DNA of 64,000 bases from a virus, in IMG/VR virus record IMGVR_UViG_3300025530_000001, positions 1-64,000 of that record; one strand, 5' to 3'. The notes beneath the pieces were generated by a model that was given only the letters and a program-made list of their open reading frames with translations, was not told the origin of the DNA and did no database searches. Position numbers and translations under genes: made by a program. This document shows, piece after piece, positions 61,601 through 64,000 of this stretch. Positions within the stretch are counted from its first letter, which is position 1. Each line of letters opens with the position of its first letter.

Positions 61601-62688
61601 GCAGCACTGTCGTTCAAGCGTTTGAACCCAATAGCGATTTCGAGCGGGCAAGTAAGCTGGATAAAACACAGGTTGGTAAAATCTCGAACCTGAATAGAGC
61701 CTTGCAGGATTACGCTGCTTATGTGTTCGGTCATGACTCCAAAGAATATCGCATCTTCTCCGAGTTCGGCAGTGAACTGGAACAGGTGGGGATCGACTCT
61801 GCGAAGGCCGGCGTTAATTATATCCCAGGGCAGCCGCATATTGCGGCCAAGTTCAGAAATGCTTTGCTCAGATATGACTGGAACACGGTTCGTGAAGTTG
61901 CGGATATCTACGGCGAAAAGATGGACAGAAACCTTCTTGAAGAGGTTATTTACTTACTGGATAAAACCAAGGGGTTAGGTGTTGGACTGAATGACCCTGC
62001 TTTTTCGGTTGGTTCCAGTACAGGTGTAAACCTTGCGGAACATGGCATTAAAGGTGTCTATGATGTCTTACACACAAGTCAAGTAAATTCTGTTCAATTC
62101 ACTCGATTGAAGCGACGCATGCTTCGAGATACACTTGGCGATGAAGTGCCAGCTCCGGAACCAGAAGTGAGAGGTGTTTACAAGGAGTCCATTCTGGATG
62201 CCTATGAAACCTTGGCCTCAGAACCCAAACCGCGTCGTCCATCTGCAGCAGAACAAATCTTGAATGATGCAACAGGCGGGTGGATTCCCGATGACATCTT
62301 CAGCGGCGAAAAAGGCCCACGAAATCAGCGTATAGCCTTGTTTGCAGGTCTAGCTTTAGCTGGCGTAATGGGTTACAATGTTCTTAGTAATACTTCGGCA
62401 CCGATTGCTCCCGCAGCTCCTCCGCCGCCTCCCGCAGGATCGGTAGGGCCTGTAGTTCCACAGCCGGCTCTTCCGCCTGTTCAGTATACTGCTCCGGCAA
62501 TGGGGGCCAAAATCGCAATCACGGCAAAAGGCGAGGGGTCGCAAAGAAGCAATATGCCCCCGTGGATTCAGGAAGGCATGCGAAGAAGCGGATTCCAGGG
62601 ACAAATGAATATGACTGTGAACTATTCAGATAACACCAGAAACCTTTCAAGGATCTGGTATCGAGATAAGGTCGAAGAATACATCTAG
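55660..62688 (+). CDS. giant multidomain protein: DEDDh 3'-5' exonuclease plus DxDGD two-barrel polymerase-like core plus C-terminal TM/Pro-rich region
   Basis: 2,342 aa from ATG 55660 (AGGAG 10 nt upstream). ExoI FAYDVETFG (D/E at 56086-56094), ExoII SYNGVGFD, ExoIII HLAMAD (56839-56856). VTRFPTKSIHAKQY...LEGDNDGDESHVVV (61282-61440; DNDGD at 61402-61416). Confidence 0.65.
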   Translation: MADHELNANRAINGNAESESRAAGKKKKKVTIRQKIESLLGAGVQSAPVPPSKQFELVSTFGVLNRAPFEKDPDRLNKLQPTINLIHKAMADAEAFRNKGTIKSQGSVIFTNFNSPHQMGGQKEIETLLRFERTKQKNIFAYDVETFGDIKTGDGFHIVEIAFQELERTNKDAFRSTNNRQSLLIKPTESAQKYLRQLIRRFEADPYIFNTLDSAAQVSLVNLMRYSTIGGEGISVANLDEANLSHNSIINSVYRKVDNYINAEKLLTHKDLYLKHIKSGFQNLISLGERHSVSNALERLRNFYNPIADQYFVSYNGVGFDIKAFELFGAKNNTKIDLPQKHIDWYRLLTTAYPSSGYFHYKVLGRQNGLGFEQGAWTLNEMRRSLGMDTSEAHLAMADVDDRGLGGVFSATHRKVYNEILKAKRREKKLQKSGSLNRPPVFTWSNNSALKIGQTLFSPSGVMIHGGGEYDFQARIDENGNLTVLNPEFQKTVLNARTFYKVDAFMELKDNAGNIIGHTLRLYDEDNDIYTYINRYGHSSMADIQTYVQQNLYNWDGISKQERLAIREERTRDRARRDYERLTSLAGAGAGKTYGFEAAKRAYANVEVYEKRVKGGKRKYIEQRAAELMEEEAERLGVTDPKEREVIRQKYIGQLMANRISHEEMLKAMDFNSQAVYKNGVFKGWTIKPEEQESFFRMAPRLMSERERFQEAMKIIEEHFPIESMSGAELEKAKQRRDMAFRIYARSVDGVLGRHVEEHALKEYERHGYTFMFDGRQRRINFLSLDKAEKSIWSIVREAPEGDPQFQVHRLYQLINALQESGAFNRKMANRLINNMSNFSRVGDMVQKLALEMMNNANYLQDTVVINSLKPRDMTRLTADLNMELARAAIQKVLNAEGKVLPGGIVKLAPEIEQRIQAIEPVDHISGLKANNRDAIATVINAIHNTRYNLQYELALNKDPNAPVARIVVFRPEHSTSVTEAIESGRKHPRAVEIDLPLINSEGYQIYGKRNLIGHSVAIRENGMTKLISTAQMVGMQYAYNIEKILSPIIGEDPDYELANYRSKRFLDDVLKNVAASSDNPHEFNDAFEAKGVLSDFDKMTHVRLAPAYIHDMIKDMTLKEQEAFLTDDAFYWTHEDGRATKKVKTFLTMDHVRKDRFNMLMGIIDWANSTEWEGEKPELFFNAIKENNAARAILSTQDLAEKTLYGRFINLARPNMIQRRNFYSITEDVAQKLSQVNGYVNLDPIVETESNWKFLDKYMANTKEYSGVNVMVAYMDPEEVYRRTMAMMNDAEGREILREEGILVTRNGQEVIDPVRLKSTYENLSIIQKDLMNALAFTDSKRFDKGEGTFQWHKKFVSDASKLYGDFAADGTVMEGAIVKPGDVIGRKYEDGVWKEIVYEEKIEGRLKGTANQIFQVEYTDTNPFKFSFGGEKGTDFNAAGKRFMQRLTGSDQVVAVIAPDPGKRKFYGMLMEGQAKMILDELNRRGQEARAQLVEQLQLNRIGIMLENGRFVDRSYLMDSIDVEAFHEIADQLGVKFKTDADVHVGILEMRLMRNPRYFKTVDETGRAIIGRDEAGNKIYARGERDGVAYGHREMNVLERIGATKTYEHVFNEMRRQGLETGKWVDALNTDYAIMALAGDPATESYKDRVVKSYDFNLMPEVDLDDFTIKGTILDHEAVARQLGVSTDELGKFFWLDLNTEVDVELEGKGKGTTKISRIPVPVLNHYYDESGKIRLRDSQQLIANINNSLKMKARSVGKGERGPKGPDYWDRRIAADVKNYLDQLVMDATSSKGLSGEGALKVRLGTSASGLMKTIDPFASQHVGDEVTWISVQQAKDMGIYEKLIGENNIGTAMEEEILNDWTRQQYKYAEVTRFPTKSIHAKQYTRIVIDPGLTTGNIATTAFSVLKLEGDNDGDESHVVVIDKDEVQKEWKRLANERKVYYSDGQDWKVFQNQWAAELAEKKTEFDLKELAKRDFGSTVVQAFEPNSDFERASKLDKTQVGKISNLNRALQDYAAYVFGHDSKEYRIFSEFGSELEQVGIDSAKAGVNYIPGQPHIAAKFRNALLRYDWNTVREVADIYGEKMDRNLLEEVIYLLDKTKGLGVGLNDPAFSVGSSTGVNLAEHGIKGVYDVLHTSQVNSVQFTRLKRRMLRDTLGDEVPAPEPEVRGVYKESILDAYETLASEPKPRRPSAAEQILNDATGGWIPDDIFSGEKGPRNQRIALFAGLALAGVMGYNVLSNTSAPIAPAAPPPPPAGSVGPVVPQPALPPVQYTAPAMGAKIAITAKGEGSQRSNMPPWIQEGMRRSGFQGQMNMTVNYSDNTRNLSRIWYRDKVEEYI

Positions 62689-62700
62689 GAGGTGTACTCA

Positions 62701-64000
62701 TGGCAGCTGGCCTTGGATATGATGATCGAGACCCCCTGCTCGGGAGTCTCAAACCCCATCATTTGCGCATCGGTGATGCGCAGTTTTTCGTTCCTCCTAC
62801 GGCGATTACCGTGACCAGGCGAATGAAAAATGAAACCATAAACATGATCAGAAGCCGAGGGAGCTTCATCAAAAACAGCGGATACTTTGATCTCATTATC
62901 GATATCGACTTGTTCTTCCCGGATAAACAATCGATCAACAATGAATTGAGGCCGCTGCTTGCTCAGGTCAAGAAATGCCCGTTTTTGCCAATTGAGAATG
63001 CGCACCTGAATGAAGTGTACGATATTCAAGCTGTAACGATCGCCGGCATCACTGTGTCTTCTGTAGAAGGATTCCCAAATTCTCTTATAGCAAGTTTACA
63101 GCTTTATGCGTTCAATCCGAATGTCTACATCTTCAATGAAAACGACAAAAGCTTTGATGAGATGTTCAATTGGCCGTTGTTTCGATGGTATTATCGAAGA
63201 AATCTGCAGCCAAGCAACGGCAGATTTACGTACTTCGAGCCCATGCTTCAGGAGCTGGGGAGTGAATTTACATTCCGAACCGCATTCGAAGGTGATTTGC
63301 AAGCACTTCGGGAATGGCGCATCCAGCGAGACAAGATCATCAGAGATTGGACGAAAGACAAAGCCAATAAAAGCGGTTTTGATATCGTCTATGAGTTATT
63401 TAACGGAACTCCATCTCTGCTGCCTGACGAAATTGACGAAGACCTTTTTAATGCCAAAATTGATGAGCATTACAAAAAAGCAATATTTGAATATGACATC
63501 ACGATGGAAGACTGGATCTTCGATGACCTGGTGCTTGAAGATATCAGCGTATCGTTTCAGAATGTGATTACATCGTTTCAGTTGCAGGAACATGAATCGC
63601 CAGCGCATCAATATCTAGGATCTCAAGACACCATCATTACCTGTCGGTTCAGGACGCACGATCGTGAGACGCTGGCCAACTTCGAGGGGATGATACGACG
63701 GGCCAATTATCTGGTTCGTGAGTATCACAAGGAAATCTCGAACGGGTTCCTGGAGTTTGACCACCCGCTTCTGCGATTGTTTGGTGTCAAATATGTAGTG
63801 GTGGATGACGTGGAATCCAAAACCGTGGAAGGTTTGCCTGGCGTATTCGATATTACCCTCTCACTGATTGCATACAACCGGGCACAGAAAAAATTCACGG
63901 AAACAAAACTGCTTAGTGGTGAAGCTGCTTGGGATATTAACGAGTATCAAGATGCCAGCCTGCTTGTTGCTCAGCCTATTCAATGGTTATTGGACAGGCC
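62701..64000 (+). CDS. tail/baseplate-module protein, 5' part (open to window end)
   Basis: ATG 62701 with AGGAGGTG 5 nt upstream. Frame open for at least 433 codons to position 64000 (MAAGLGYDDRDPLLGSLKPHHLRIGDAQFFVPP...). Absent from the ORF track because it lacks a stop. Confidence 0.6.

Noticed and set aside
1-64000. CRISPR arrays, rRNA genes, integrase/recombinase, transposase, toxin-antitoxin or classical defence operons
   Set aside because: I saw no regularly spaced direct repeats and no recognisable catalytic motifs of these families in any ORF of the window.

Overview
This window is a segment of a large tailed dsDNA phage, or phage-plasmid, of a Firmicute-type host. The host call rests on AGGAGG-type RBSs, frequent GTG/TTG starts, a Gram-positive Cheo-type LexA box and a Bacillus-like type-II tRNA-Ser. 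Positions 1 to 14.7 kb form a leftward (minus-strand) block of about 26 mostly small genes, including a HAD phosphatase, RNase HI, SLOG/DUF2493, GNAT, an HExxH peptidase and a LysM lipoprotein. The largest gene there is a 1,257-aa single-chain RNA polymerase candidate with the full eukaryotic-RdRP/YonO-type motif set. This block is interrupted by unusually long, GC-rich non-coding spacers full of hairpins and pseudoknots. Positions 14.9 to 64 kb form a rightward block. It starts with small accessory genes (DUF2829/Tad2-like, DUF1653-like, a mini-TerL-like ATPase), tRNA-Ser(UGA), an sRNA candidate, and an actin-like ParM with an RHH adaptor. A contiguous myovirus morphogenesis module follows: TerL, a portal-MuF fusion, a protease-scaffold fusion, an HK97-fold MCP, neck genes, a 921-aa sheath, three tube paralogs, two chaperone paralogs, and a 1,993-aa tape-measure-like protein. 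It ends with a 2,342-aa giant that fuses a DEDDh exonuclease to a second DxDGD polymerase-like core, and a baseplate-like gene truncated at the window end. A 14-bp palindrome, TGTAA-N4-TTACA, marks at least 8 promoter regions. I saw no rRNA, CRISPR array, integrase or transposase. All functional calls come from motif reading by eye; no database search was run.
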